Position numbers and translations under genes: made by a program. Under the pieces are notes generated by a model. It was not told where the DNA came from and did no database searches. It worked only from the letters and a program-made list of their open reading frames with translations. From Eledone cirrhosa (Eukaryota), in the NCBI GenBank assembly GCA_964016885.1, contig CAXHJY010001450.1, forward strand, positions 5,729 to 69,728: a DNA stretch of 64,000 nucleotides. Reading direction: 5' to 3'. Position 1 is the stretch's first letter, and every line of letters begins with the position of its first letter. Shown here in pieces: positions 30,159 through 46,893 of the stretch.

Positions 30159-30689
30159 TTCTAATGAGTTAAAAATAAATTAACTATATTATGTAGTTAA
30201 CTATATTATGTAGTTGGAACAATCGTGTTATTTGTACAGTAAAACTTTTATACATTTCTTAATTATTTGTGTTCTATCTTTTTTGTATACTTGTCCTTAA
30301 TCACTAAAGAATGCTCATTTTTTAAATCGTTCGTGTTTCTGTATCTTTACACATATTACTGTTTATCTAAAGATTGAAAATCTTTATTGCTCAATATTTT
30401 AACAATGGCATCGTATTTATTTATTATATCTATGTTAATACATACAACTATGTCCTACATTTTCTGTCTGTCAAGTGAAGACATTCTATGAACTTAGTTG
30501 TAGGAACAGATAAAGGATAGACTGACATACTTTGTAGTTTTTACGTGTATATATATATATATATATACATGTAAAGGCAAGTGTTCATATATTTTAGCGC
30601 AAGCATCGTCACAACAGAACTCATATTATAAATGGCTGGACCATATAATGCCAAAGACTTATAGTCTTTAACTCAGATCTTTATTATTC

Positions 30690-30832
30690 AGTTTGGCTTT
30701 GGAATGCCTGTCAAACTAATGCTTCTCTTTTCTCCTATCCCTGGTGTAATGTCTATTTTCGACAGAGGTGCTTTTGTCACAATGCCACTAGCACCAATCA
30801 CCACTGGGACAATAGTGACTGTCTTCACTTCA
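30690..30832 (-). mobile_element. R4/Dong-like non-LTR element fragment
   Basis: Reverse complement reads VKTVTIVPVVIGASGIVTK, resembling the VPVVIGALG motif of restriction-like endonuclease domains. Confidence 0.45.
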
Positions 30833-30876
30833 TTACATTAATGTAAGCTCCGTGTGGCTAATAAAAAAAACCATTA

Positions 30877-31087
30877 GGGCGGTGGATTAGCAGTAATCGG
30901 TAGAGCATTGGACATTATGCTTCGTGGTATATAGTTATGGACCTTTACGTTCTGAGTTCAAATCCCGCCGAGGTTAGATTTTCCTTTCATCTTTACAGGG
31001 CCGATAAAATAAAGTAGCAGTAATGCATTGGGGGTCGATTTAATCGACTTTCCCTTCTCCCCAAAACTGTTGGCCTTGTGCCTAAAT

Positions 31088-31123
<36 letters not shown>

Positions 31124-31640
31124 GGGGGATTATGGTCTGAGTTCAAATCCTTAAAATAAAGTACCAGTAACATACTGGGATAATTTCTGGCCTTGTGCCA
31201 AATGTAGAAACAATTATTATTATTATGAGGGCGGTGGATTGGCAGTATCGGTAGAGGGTCGGATGCCATGCTTTGCATCATAGAGTTACAGCCTTTTATG
31301 ATATCATTTCAAATCCAGCCGAAGTTAACTTTGCTTTTCATCCTTACTGGGTCGATAAAATAAAGTACCAGTCATGCACTGGGGTCGATTTAATCGACTT
31401 TCCCCTCCCCAAAATTACTGGCCTTGTGCCTATATTAGAAATCATTATTTTTGTGGATTGGCAGTATCGGTAAAGAGTCAGACGCCATGCTTTGACGCAA
31501 AGAGTTACAGCCCTTTCCATTCTGAGTTCAAATTCCGCCGAGGTTAACTTTGCCTTTCATCCTTACGGGGTCGATAAAATAAAGTACCAGTAATGTACTG
31601 GGTGTTTGCTGGCCTTGTGCCAAATGTAGAAACAATTATT
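30877..31640 (+). mobile_element. Tandem array of four SINE family 1 copies
   Basis: Copies at about 30877-31095, 31135-31218, 31228-31448 and 31453-31640, each ending in (ATT)n. Confidence 0.85.
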
Positions 31641-32154
31641 ATTATGAGAAAGACAGAATAAGTACGGATAGTGGTAACTGGATTCTTATTATTTACTCTA
31701 TCTAATCCGATGTGACACGTTTCTATGTCTGTCCAAATTCTATTTGGGTTTATTTTTGTCTTTTCAATATATTCTATAATTAAGGATCCATTTTCCCACT
31801 GCCACTTATCTTGTCGATTCTATCTCTGCATTAACATAAGAAGAAGAATTTGAAATCTGAGAGTTAACACAGTTTCCTATTACTATTATTATTATATCTA
31901 CCCTTTTTGTTTGCTAGTTTCTCTACAAACGATGACACCAGTTTAAAGTTTAAATATCCATTAACAAATTTGAGAGAAAACTATCTGATATGATATACAT
32001 TATAGAGAAAACTTCCGAGATAAATTCTATATTATTATGAAATAAATGCATAAATAAATATTGTTTAGATAACTATCTTTCATGAATGGCATTATAGTTA
32101 TCCTTCAATCGCCATTGCAACTGATATCTAGAGTATATATCATTGGAAAATGTA

Positions 32155-32470
32155 TCTTCTTCTTCGCCTTCTTCCTCTTCCTCTTTTTCGCCTTCTTCTT
32201 CTTCGCCTTCGCCTTCTACTTCTTCGCCGTCTTCTTCTTCTTCTTCTTCTTCGCCTTCTACTTCTTCGCCGTTTTCTTCTTCTTCTTCAGCTTCTCCATC
32301 TTCGCCTTCTCCGCCTCCGCCGTCTTCTTCTTCGTCTTCTTTTTCGCCTTCTCCGCCTTCTTCTTTGCCTTCTTCTCCGTCTTCTTCGCCTTCTTCTCGT
32401 TGCCTTCTCCGCCTTCTTCTCGTTGCCTTCTCCTCCTCCTCCTCCTCCTTCTTCTCCGCCGCCGCCGTCT
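32155..32470. repeat. (TTC/GCC)n trinucleotide tract
   Basis: Seen directly. Confidence 0.9.
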
Positions 32471-33944
32471 CCTACATCTCCTTTATGTCTTCACCTTTAT
32501 CCCGATTCCTTCTTTCGTTTATACCCCGCTCCCCTCTATTATCTCTTCCTTCGTTCCCTCCTTCTCCTTTAATATATTCATTTATTATTTAATCTTTTTT
32601 TCTTCTTGTCATAATTTCACCTTTCTTTTTCTTCTTTCCTTTTCGTTTCGTTTATTTTTCCACTTTCTCAATTTTTGATGTTATTTTTGTAAATGTTGCA
32701 TCCAACTTTTTGATATTCAACATGTAGCTGTTAATGTGGCGAAGGGTAGGGTTACTACGGCTGTTAGTGGGGTGGAGGGTTACTACGTTAGGCACACCAG
32801 ATAGTTTTATCAACAGTTATAGATATCGTTCAACTTTATACTAAACCATAATCTTGCGGTTATGATTAACTTTCCATAATGAACCCATAATAACCGCAAG
32901 GCAGAGGCCCTTCCGTAGGGCCTATGAGAGGGGTGGAGTCCAGCCGGTACTTTGTTCCGGGGCCCAAGAGCTAAGAAGGCCACATAGCAACCGTGCAATA
33001 TCCATTTTGAGAAAAATCTTTGCCTGCTTCGGGCCCCCAAAGGGGTCTTGTACCGCCTTGCAAAATTTCTCTTGGAGGACCTTGCCCTGCCCTACGAGGC
33101 ATCCGGATGTACATGCCGAAAAAAGAATAACTACCTAATAAAATGAGCTTGTAACGTAATGTCGATTGTGTATGAAGCAGATATTTCCCGTGTGGGTACC
33201 AACCAAGCAGAAACAATATGTGGGTATGGTGGAAGATAGAGTCAAGCAAAAATTCTTCTCACATGTTTCGACTTTGAAAATCAGTGAAGTCCATTAATGT
33301 CGAAATATATGTGGCTATTAAACGATAGATATATGCCCCATGAAATAATGAAAAGGTCACAAAATATACTCAACGGATCGAAGAGATATGCGGGTCTACA
33401 AATATCTAACTACTTCAACTTCTACAAGTTTTCTAAGTACACGAAAACATAGTGTACAGATGATCGAATTATAGTTTGTGTGTGTATGTGTGTACGTGTA
33501 TGTGCATGTTTATGTGAATATATATATATATATATATGTACATATGTATGTATATATATATGTATATATTTGTATGTTTATATATGTATATATATGTGTA
33601 TGTATATATGTGTATGTGTATATATATCTGTGTATATATATATATATATGAATACATATATATCTTTTTATATGTATATATATATATGAATACATATATA
33701 TCTTTTTATATGTATATACCTATGTGTATGTGTGTGTGTCTGTATGTGTGTATGTACATATATTTGATGAAATCAAATCTCATTCTAAACATAATTAATA
33801 TATACATATCCTAATTTCTAGTAACTATACTATATAATTACCGAGTACCTTGTGAATTATTGTTTTTTATAATGAAAACCTTAGAATTAGCAATAGATCA
33901 ATTACTTTCTCTCTCGCTCTCTCTCTCTCTTTATATATATATAT

Positions 33945-34005
<61 letters not shown>

Positions 34006-34044
34006 TTTGTGTGTGTCTTAATGTGTGTGTGTATATATGTATCA

Positions 34045-34094
<50 letters not shown>

Positions 34095-34115
34095 CATATA
34101 CATATATATATATAC

Positions 34116-34346
<231 letters not shown>

Positions 34347-34347
34347 C

Positions 34348-34534
<187 letters not shown>

Positions 34535-34541
34535 TATATAC

Positions 34542-34608
<67 letters not shown>

Positions 34609-34611
34609 TAT

Positions 34612-34660
<49 letters not shown>

Positions 34661-34661
34661 C

Positions 34662-34751
<90 letters not shown>

Positions 34752-34757
34752 ATATAC

Positions 34758-34974
<217 letters not shown>

Positions 34975-36238
34975 CATATATACATATATATATATATATA
35001 CATATATATATACATATATATATATATACATATACATATATATACATATATATATATACATACATATATACACATATATATATATATACATACATATATA
35101 CATATATATATATACATACATATATAACATGTGACCTGACGTCCCTATACCAGAAGGCCAGTGCGATTATATATATTTACTTTCACATTCGACTTTCAAA
35201 GGTATTTTTATACTAATATTTTTCTATTTAACTTTTCACTTCGCTTTTAGGTGTGTTCGGTGCACATTCGTGTTTCAGTCTGCTATTAAGAATGTACAAT
35301 TATAAATTCCCTTCTCCACTAACCCTACCTTCAACTCACATATTCTGAATTTATCTCTATTTCTTTTGAAAGTCTGTAGTATGAAATGCAGTTTCCACCT
35401 TCACCTCTACTTCGCTATAAAACTAAGATCAATAGATGACCTTTCCAGCATTATGAACAGATGTTCTTCGGCACTTGAAAACTTTTCGCAAAAATAAGAT
35501 TATCGCACTCTACAGAATCGGAAACAAAACCTTAATTGCTAAACATATGTATATCGACTAGCTATTCCAGTCTTCTATCTGTCGTCAGATTTTCGTTTAG
35601 ACTCCGCCCATGACAGCTTAGAAGACCGACAATCCTCTGTTATCTCTACGGCATGTTTCGTTCCCCCCTCTGTCAACGAACTTTTAAAACAATTACTTTT
35701 AACACCACAGCCACATAACCACAATATACTTTAATCATTCATCACCGACGCGACACGACCCCACGTTTCTCATAAACTTTCACGTTTCAAACTTTATATA
35801 CAACAAACCCTTAAACCTTTTCCCACCTCTAGACTGTTAGCTACTTTCGATCAATGAAACATTTAACCGTATCCTAATCTTGACTCAACACCTCAAATAC
35901 CACCCAACCAACACCACTGCTACCACAAAAGTAATAAAAAAGAAACATCAATGAGAACAAAACAAAAACAACAGCAATAACTTCACATAACCAGTAACTA
36001 TTAAAACATATTAAGGCTTAAGTATTCAGTTTAAAACATTTCTACTAAATATTCCAGTAAAAGAATTTGTAGAAAAATATTCCTTATACCCTGGTATTGA
36101 TTTCTTAAACATTGTTTTACAGGTGAGGGATATAGCAGATTTAATAAACACCTGTGGATACGTATTTTATCGATCCTGAAGAACGAAAAGGTAAGGAAAT
36201 TTCAGGTTGTATTCGAATAAATACCGCAACTAAATAAT

Positions 36239-36419
36239 TGTTTCTACTTTTGGCACAAGGCCAGCAATTACCCAGTGAATTACTGGTACTTCATATTATC
36301 GACCACGTAAGGATGAAAGGCAAACATAACCTCGGCGGGATTTGAACTCAGAATAGAAAGGGCCGTAACAATATGCGTCAAAGCATGGCATCCAACCCTC
36401 TACCGATACTGCCAATCCA
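36239..36419 (-). mobile_element. SINE family 1 with 14-bp TSD
   Basis: TSD cgcaa(c/t)taaataat at 36225 and 36420. Confidence 0.85.
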
Positions 36420-37063
36420 CGCAATTAAATAATGTAGCATTTTCTCTAATTGTTTTATTAAATGTGAGGGACTGGGTGCCTGTGGTAGGAAATTAGGGAG
36501 ATATCAACAAACTGGAGATTCGGTCCAATTGCTTGCAATATTGTGGACGTCACTAAAGGCAGACACCCACAGGTGGTGTTAAAACTTCCATCAAACCGGG
36601 GCTATAACAGAGTTTAATATAAACCTTTTATATCAATCTCGAAAGCCACTGAGTAGATTCTAGCAGAGGCACCTGAGAATCTGGCGGTTATATTAGAATT
36701 GGTGATTAATTCCATCATCCAAGAACAGGTGCCATCGTACAGCGGTTCCAACGAGGCACCGCACATAATTCACTTCGCAAATTGGATTCATCACAAGCCA
36801 TAATCTGAGCAGACGCCATGTTAAATGACACTTGCCCAGCGTGCCGCTTATTTTAATTGAACGTATAAACCACATTGCCATATCTTTGTGTGTATATATA
36901 TACAAGGTGTCCAAAAAAATGTATAAACACATCAACAGTATTCTAATAAATATTCCCTATACAGGTAATCATAATATTTATACATTTTTGGAGGACATTC
37001 TGTGTATATATATAGAGAGAGATAGAGATAGATAGGTAGGTAAGTATGTATATATATATAGGT

Positions 37064-37130
<67 letters not shown>

Positions 37131-38168
37131 TAGATAGGTAGGTATATATATATATATATATATATATAAAACCATATTTTTAGTTATCGGATTTTAAAGT
37201 ACAACCCTCTGGTAGTTAAATACATTAATGAGAGTAGGCAGTGAGTCAGATAGGCGTGGTTTGCTACACAAATATTGATGGATTATAGTGACTATTCGAT
37301 TGGATGTTAAATGAGCCAAATGAGTCACCCAACGACTTTTCATTTGATCATAGTAGTTGGTCCCCTGACGTCATAAACTAGAACCATCTCTCCTTGTGTT
37401 TTTACTGTAGATTATGTCTGGGACTTATTGTCAATAATGGGATAAATAATAATATCAACTCAACGAAAAGTTGGATGAACAGACAGAATTAGGTTTTTTT
37501 ATCGCTCGATAGACGCAATCAGTTCTAATCGATTCGTCCTTATGACTCAATTTAAACCAATATGCAACTGCCAAAATACATTATAGTCTAGTCTAGGTTT
37601 TAAAAAGTCAACCTAAATTATATTAGTTCTCTTATTGACAACGAAGATTTCTATAGACTTAAATATTATGCATCTTCTTCAGTTTAGTACTTAGAATTTA
37701 TGATTTCTGCAATAATGTTATTAGGGAAATATATCTCAAAGAATAGACATCGATGGAATATAACTGGTTACGTGTATATAAATTTGACAGAAAGATCATT
37801 TCTTAACATTTTTATTTTATTACCTTAACTGGTGTCATTGTTTGGTTTAATGTTATTATCCTTATTACTGATAGATATTTGTTTGTTTTCTTCTTACTTC
37901 TGTTATTGATAATGTCCTTCTTGATAATGTAACTGCGAACTTTGAAATAATAACTGGATGTTAACTAACTTTCATTGGTGTCCAAAGTGAAGATCCTGCA
38001 ACATCAACTAATTAAATCTACAAACAGACAATGGTTTGCAGATCTCTCGCCCATAACATGTATACTTATAAGTTAAAAGAGACGACATATATTCCTTTTC
38101 TTTTTATAGACTTGACTATTTCTATTTTTGGTGAGGTGAATATTTCTCCTGTAATAGAGATATTAAAT

Positions 38169-38215
<47 letters not shown>

Positions 38216-38603
38216 TAATATAATATATATAATATAATATATATAATATATATATATAATATAATATATATATATATATATAATATATATAATATATATA
38301 ATATAATATATATAATATATATAATATAATATATATAATATATATAATATAATATATATAATATAATATATATAATATAATATATATAATATATATATAT
38401 ATATATAATATATATAATATAATATATATAATATATATAATATATATAATATAATATATATAATATATATAATATAATATATATAATATATATAATATAA
38501 TATATATAATATATATATAATATAATATATATATAATATAATATATATAATATATATATATAATATATATAATATATATATATAAATATATATAATATAT
38601 ATA

Positions 38604-38642
<39 letters not shown>

Positions 38643-38939
38643 TAATATATATATATAAAATATAATATATATAATATATATATATAAAATATAATATATA
38701 TAATATATATATATAATATATATATATAAATATATAATATATATATATAATATATATATATAATATATATAATATATATATAATATATATATATAATATA
38801 TATATAATATATATAATATATATATATATAATATATATAATATATATATATATAATATATATAATATATATATATATAATATATATAATATATATAATAT
38901 ATAATATATATATATATATATATAATATATATATATATA

Positions 38940-39085
<146 letters not shown>

Positions 39086-39093
39086 TAGATAGA

Positions 39094-39272
39094 GGGCGGT
39101 GAATTGTCAGTATCGGTAGAGAATCGGACACCATACTTTGACGCCTTTGCCATTCTGAGTTCAAATCCCACCAAGGTTAACTTTGCCTTTCATCCTTACG
39201 GGGTCGATAAAATAAAGTACCAGTAATGTACTGAGTAATTGTTGGCCTTGTGCCAATAGTAGAAACAATTAT
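39094..39272 (+). mobile_element. SINE family 1 (further copies 3946-4003 +, 40727-40825 +, 41583-41757 +, 49417-49607 -, 57065-57236 -, 57883-58035 -)
   Basis: A/B boxes and the conserved core are present. Confidence 0.85.
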
Positions 39273-39500
39273 TATATATATATAATATATATATATATAT
39301 CATATATATAAATATTATTATATATATATATATATATCATATATATAAATATTATTATATATATATATATATATCATATATATAAATATTATTATATATA
39401 TATATATATATCATATATATAAATATTATTATATATATATATATATATCATATATATAAATATTATTATATATATATATATATATCATATATATAAATAT

Positions 39501-39540
<40 letters not shown>

Positions 39541-39594
39541 TATATATAAATATTATTATATATATATATATATATATATCATATATATAAATAT

Positions 39595-39628
<34 letters not shown>

Positions 39629-39673
39629 TATATATAAATATTATTATATATATATATATATAAATATTATTAT

Positions 39674-39975
39674 ATCGACTTGTATTTGAAAAAGTTGATC
39701 TGCCAAATCAACTTTTTCAAATACAAGTCGATGTTGAACGGTATGTCAAATCTATTTATCTATAAAACTGTCTATATTGTATTTTGTCTGAGGAAGGCAT
39801 AACATATTGTTAATATGATATCCCTGAAATATATATAATGAAATAAATATGGTTTTATAAATATAGTTTCCATTTATTTAATATCGTAAATATACTCCAA
39901 ATACTTGTTGAGTGCTTTTATATCAGTTATAAATATTTACTAGTTGTAACCCAACAATTTAAATATAACTTTCCA
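39674..39975 (+). mobile_element. Family A element with short 5' fold-back; HHR at 39780-39845 (core CTGAGGA)
   Basis: A ~26-bp inverted arm tcgacttgtatttgaaaaagttgat, then a body homologous to 6169-6392. Confidence 0.8.
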
Positions 39976-40678
39976 TATATATATATATATATATTATTAT
40001 TATATATATATAACATGACATGACACCCACAATTTCGATTTAGATTAAATTCATTTAATTTATCTTAATTTTGGATATAGATATATATATATATATATTA
40101 TATATATAATATATATATAATATATATATAATATATATATTATATATATATAATATATATATTATATATATATTATATATATATTATATATATTATATAT
40201 ATATTATATATATATTATATATATATTATATATATATTATATATATTATATATATTATATATATATTATATATATAATATATATATTATATATATATATA
40301 TAATATATATAATATATATATTATATATATATATATATTATATATTATATATATAATATATATATAATATATATATAATATATATAATATATATAATATA
40401 TATATAATATATATATAATATATATATAATATATATATAATATATATATAATATATATATAATATATATAATATATATATAATATATATATAATATATAT
40501 ATTATATATATATAATATATATATTATATATATATTATATATATATTATATATATAATATATATATATAATATATATTATTTATATATATATAATATATA
40601 TTATATATATATATAATATATATAATATATATATATATATAATATATATAATATATATATATATATATAATATATATA

Positions 40679-40726
<48 letters not shown>

Positions 40727-41490
40727 GAGGTTGACTTTGCCTTTCATCCTTACGGGGTCGATAAAATAAAGTACCAGTAATGCATGTGTAATTGCTGGCC
40801 TTGTGCCAAAAATTAGAAACAATTATATATATATATTATATATATAATATATATATATATTATTATATATATATTATATATATAATATATATATATATAT
40901 TATTATATTTATATTATATATATAATATATATATATATTATTATATTTATATTATACATATAATATATATATATATTATTATATTTATATTATATATATA
41001 ATATATATATATATATTATTATATTTATATTATATATATAATATATATATATATATTATTATATTTATATTATATATATAATATATATATATATATTATT
41101 ATATTTATATTATATATATAATATATATATATATTATTATATTTATATTATATATATAATATATATATATATTATTATATTTATATTATATATATAATAT
41201 ATATATATATTATTATATTTATATTATATATATAACATATATATATATATTATTATATATATATATTATTATATATAATTATATTATTATATATATATAT
41301 ATATAATTATTATATATATATATATATTATATATTATTATATATATATATTATATATATATATATATATTATATATTATTATATATATATATATATATTA
41401 TATATTATTATATATATATATTATATATTATTATATATATATATATATATATTATATATTTTTATATATATATATATATATATTATATAT

Positions 41491-41529
<39 letters not shown>

Positions 41530-41825
41530 TATTATATATATTATTATTATATATATATATATATAATTATATATATATATTATGGCAGTATCGGTAGAGG
41601 GTCAGACACCATGCTTTCCAGCATAGTCCCTTTACGATCTGAGTTCAAATCCCGCCGAGGTTGACTTTGCCTTTCATCCTTACGGGGTCGATAAAATAAA
41701 AGTACCAGTAATGCACTGGCTAATTGCTGGCCTTGTGCCTAAAGTAGAAACAATTATTATATATATATATATATATAATTATATATATATATGTATATAT
41801 ATATTATTATTATATATATATATAT

Positions 41826-42364
41826 ATATCTTTAAGTCGTTTGGAAGCCTCGACAATGCAAATGGGTAAATCTCCGGGTAACAAGATCCGGTGGTGGAGA
41901 GAGAGATGTAGGTGGGTGTACGTTGAGATGCGTGATGTGTATAAGATGTGTAAGATGTGTAGAATGAAGGGAAGAGTATAAAGGATAAAATAAAAATAAC
42001 AACACAAGAGAGAGTTACCTTGGGAGAGATTTAATAGTCCCTATATATTTCGGATTCCATTTACCCCACCCCGGAAAACCCCCCAGTTGATGGATGTGAA
42101 TCTGAAATATATAGGGACTATTAAATCTCTCCCAAGGTAACTCTCTCTTGTGTTGTTATTTTAATTTAATCCTTTATACTCTTCCCTTCATTCTACACAT
42201 CTTATACACATCACGCATCTCAACGTACACCCACCTACATCTCTCTCTCCACCACCGGATCTTGTTACCCGGAGATTTACCCATTAGCATTGTCGAGGCT
42301 TCCAAACGACTTAAAGATATTTACTTATTATTCCACAATGCTTCAAGCAAACTTCAATACTCTC

Positions 42365-42368
<4 letters not shown>
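41826..42368. mobile_element. Fold-back family F
   Basis: Arms at 41826-42057 and 42098-42320 (9-bp indel), tail to 42368. Degenerate HHR at 42080-42116; related remnant at 43303-43443. Confidence 0.8.
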
Positions 42369-42412
<44 letters not shown>

Positions 42413-42594
42413 ATATATATTATTATATATATATATATATATATTATTATTATTATATATATATATATATTGTTGCATCATATCACATTTATTAACATAT
42501 TACATAGGTTTCTCTATCGATCAGCTCGAGTCAAGATCTATTACAGATCGAACCAAACTTTGCAATCGAAAGTTCTTCAAATATGTAACCCTAC

Positions 42595-42634
<40 letters not shown>

Positions 42635-42644
42635 ATTATTATTT

Positions 42645-43126
42645 AGGTACCACTGGATAGAACTGGTCATTCCGTATGGTCAACCTCGATGTAATATTAT
42701 GGAGAACAGTCAACGTAATGCAACTCACTAGTCTTCGTTAGTATAGTTGGTGGTGCGAGTACGGAGTTAAGTATTATGAAATAACAGGAGGCTGGACTGG
42801 TGTAAATCCTTGAAAGTTTTATTAAACTATGATCATTTCAATGACCGGGTTCAGTATGAATCCGGTGACATCATCAGGTATTTCAAAATATAACAAAGGA
42901 ATATAACAGATAAAAGGCGGCCGACAGAGGTAAAAGCTGCTAAATGTTCGGTCGCCCTCATGTCTCTGATTTTCAGCCCCGTGGATTTTGTCTATTATAT
43001 TTCTTTGTTATAATTTGAAATACCTGCTGATGTCACCGGATTCATACTGAACGCGGTCATTGAAGTGATCATAGTATAATAAACCTTTCAAGGATTTACA
43101 CCAGTCCAGCCTCCTGTTATTTCATA
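42645..43126. mobile_element. Fold-back family D; HHR at 42824-42881 (-) intact, ~43020-43076 (+) mutated
   Basis: Arms at about 42775-42912 and 42986-43126. Confidence 0.8.
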
Positions 43127-43611
43127 TTATATATATATATATATGAAATTAGCCGTCGAAACGGCTTGAGCTCAGCTGTCGGGGTCTTACTGGTTCCTAT
43201 TACCCACTGTACTACCTCAAGTATTGAGTACTTTGGTGCGTTATGGTCCACCTGGTTCCTTACCACATTTCCTTCGTTATATATATATATATATATATAT
43301 ATAACACTCTTCCTACGTTCTTCTACGTTCTCTACGTCTCTTTTTACGTTTCCTCTTACATCTCTCTCTCTCTCTCTCATTACCACCTGGTTCTGTTACC
43401 TGGAGATTTACCCATTTACATTGTTGAGGCTTTCAAAACGACTATATATACACACACACACATCTATCTATCTATATATATATATATTATTTATGTTCAT
43501 ACACGGAACTAATCAATAATATAACATTTCTGCTCTCTTTCCGATTGACCACTGTTATCCTTTTTCCTTTTCAAGTCTACAGATATTTCTACATAAAAAC
43601 ACATTTATATG

Positions 43612-43805
43612 AAGGCGCGTGACTGAGTGGTTAGAGAATTGTATTTGCAATCGTGAGGTTGTGAGTTCCTGGACCAGGAGATGCGTTATGCTCATTGAGA
43701 TACTTTATTTCACGTTGCTCCTTCTACCTGGAGTTGCGACCGATAGATAGTATTAGCAATTGGAAAGACCGATGGAAACATTGTTTCCTCGGTCCGATTT
43801 GACTG

Positions 43806-43810
<5 letters not shown>
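43612..43810 (+). mobile_element. SINE family 2
   Basis: Homologous to the reverse complement of 10100-10303; tRNA-like head. Confidence 0.7.
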
Positions 43811-43842
<32 letters not shown>

Positions 43843-44043
43843 CTATATATATATATATATACTATACTATACATACATACATGTGTATGAAGGCGTGTCG
43901 TTTTGTGGTCAGGGTGTTAAGCTCATGATTGGAAGGTCGTACATTCAATTACCAAACCTGGTGACAATTACAGTTGCAAATTATTCTTGCCGAAGTGTGG
44001 AGGGCGTGCGGACTGAAACACGTGTATGTATGTATTCATGTAT

Positions 44044-44081
<38 letters not shown>

Positions 44082-44773
44082 GTGAGTGTGTGTGCTTGTG
44101 TGCAAATATATATACCTATATATATTCCTCGTAAATTTACTGCTATCACAAATATTTCAGTTGTCACACTTTAATATATGGTAAATTTGCATAAATATAA
44201 GATCAGAACGCAAATCCTTAAATTTACAAATGCCCTTTTATTTATTTCTGATAAACACACACAGACTCATACATATATATGTAAATATATATACATATAT
44301 ATGTGTGTATGACATAAATATATATATATATGAATATACATATGAATAAATAGATATATATGCATATGTATAGAAATAAAAATATATATATTCATAAGTG
44401 TATAAATAAATAAATAAATATATATATATAAATAAATATATATATATGCATAAGTGTATAAAAAATATGTCTATATATATGTATGTAAATATATATATAT
44501 ATATAATTATTTTAATGTATGAAATATGTCAAATTAAATGTCCTCAAAATATGCATCATCATCTTGAATATTCATGGATGTTGTGTTATAGATGTAAATA
44601 TATTCATTTTTACTAACTTAATGGCTGAATACGTCTTTACACGTGCGTAAATATTCTTGAAAGTCAATAAACCGTGTAGAGTGCAAACAAACGGATTCCA
44701 GAAAACTAGAAGACGAAACATGCAGTATGTAGGGTACGTAAACTATAAAATACTTCATATATACGAGGAAAGA

Positions 44774-44814
<41 letters not shown>

Positions 44815-45051
44815 AAGTTATTTTTATGTACACACAACTTCATCATATTTATGCATATATAGATGTTTTCCCATTAATATCTTAATATCTAGTTATGCTA
44901 TATATATATATATAGCATATCTGTGTGTGTGTGTGTGTGAATATATCTGTGTGTATATATATATATACACATATATATATACATACGTATATATACATAT
45001 ATATATATTTATATATATGCGTGTGATCATGAAAATACGATGACACTTCTA

Positions 45052-45088
<37 letters not shown>

Positions 45089-45938
45089 TATTTTCCGTTG
45101 TGTTGTAATATAAATATTACACACAGTAGATTATCAGCTCACGTAGAGTTTGCTCGACGGTTCCAGTTGTAGTTCCAAAAGTAATCCGGAGAAAAATAGA
45201 AAGATTTGAATGGATACAGTTTAGTTGAAAGGAATTTATTGACACGTGTTTCTATAACAGTTACATAACCTAAAACAGCTATCTACAAACTTTTAGTTAT
45301 GCAGACATTCAATATTTCAATGTTATTATTTACTGTCATTTCATCAGAATAATATTACTGAGGACCTATTTAGTTTTTATAGAGAATATTAGGAGGGAGG
45401 GGTGAAGTTGTTAGAAGAATAGTTGAAGGAGTGGTTTTTCGATAGCAGTGAGAATTCTTGGTGGCAGTGAGTAATTAGATTCCCATCTGTTGTTTTGACA
45501 TTTTTTATGGAATATATTATTGGTTATTTTTCTAAATCTATAGAAGGATTAGAGATAGTAAAGATATGCGTGGTTGGTTTTGTGTTTGCACTTAACATTC
45601 AGACTTAAATTTTTCTTTCAAGTGTACGTATTCTTTCACCCACGCATTCACACACAAATATATTTGCACACCTCTACAAAATACATATACTCACAATTCA
45701 CATATTCATACTTACATATATATACACATGCATACACATATATATACACACATGTATTCATGTACATACATACGCGCTCATGTGTATACATTTTCATACT
45801 CAACTTATCTTTATATATACACACGTATAGACACACACATATATACATACATACTCTAGTCCATGTGTACACACATACGCATACATACACATCCCCATAC
45901 ACATACATACATACACATATATATATATATATATACAT

Positions 45939-45997
<59 letters not shown>

Positions 45998-46320
45998 CAT
46001 ATACCCACACACACACATATACACATACACACATATATATATATATATATAAGCACTTTAATACATGAATACACTTACATCTAACTATACACATCAAACA
46101 TATATATATATTTACTTATTTATATACATTTTCACATATATATACATACTTATGGACGTTTTTAGACACATTCATTATCGCATATTTGTACCTATTCTCA
46201 TCAGCATATCTTTTCATTATTAGTATGGTAATTTAAGGTTATTAATATATGTTGAGAAGAGATTGTTTTTATATTTTTCTAACTAGATTAAGGTTTATAT
46301 AGTTGGGGGATGTCCCTCTT

Positions 46321-46627
46321 TTATGTAATATTCGGCTTGTAGTGGGAAAAAAGGGTTTTAGTTCTGTGACGGCAGAATAATGTTCGTTCAATTCTGTTAT
46401 TCAGCAGTTTCTTCTTGTGTGTGATTATGTAATAAATCTCAAGATTACACAATTTGCAGAAATTTTGGCTCCTGGAAAAGCTTTGGGTTTTAGCTAATTT
46501 TTCCCATTTTAGGGTAAACTTTTGATTGCTATCCCTGAGCGTCCAAGCTTTTTCTGCTAAAGTTGTTACATTTCTTTGGCTCTGGTGTTTTATTGAGTAA
46601 GAATGCCTATACAATCGAGATTTAAAC
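46321..46627 (-). pseudogene. C-terminal GIY-YIG endonuclease fragment of a PLE
   Basis: FKSRLYRH...TTLAEKAWTLR...LKWEKL...CKLCNLEIYYI...LLNNRIE...CRH*. This has the R..H, catalytic E and N positions of GIY-YIG, plus the CxxC..CRH tail I recall from invertebrate PLEs. Confidence 0.75.
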
Positions 46628-46840
46628 GATATGCTGATGAGAATAGGTACAAATATGCGATAATGAATGTGTCTAAAAACGTCCATAAGTATGTATATAT
46701 ATGTGAAAATGTATATAAATAAGTAAATATATATATATGTTTGATGTGTATAGTTAGATGTAAGTGTATTCATGTATTAAAGTGCTTATATATATATATA
46801 TATATGTGTGTATGTGTATATGTGTGTGTGTGGGTATATG

Positions 46841-46893
<53 letters not shown>

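Noticed and set aside
32082-32678. Phe-, Ser- and Leu-rich ORFs
   Set aside because: They derive from a (TTC)n simple repeat.
39094-39175. tRNA gene
   Set aside because: The A/B boxes belong to SINE heads, with no cloverleaf or terminator.
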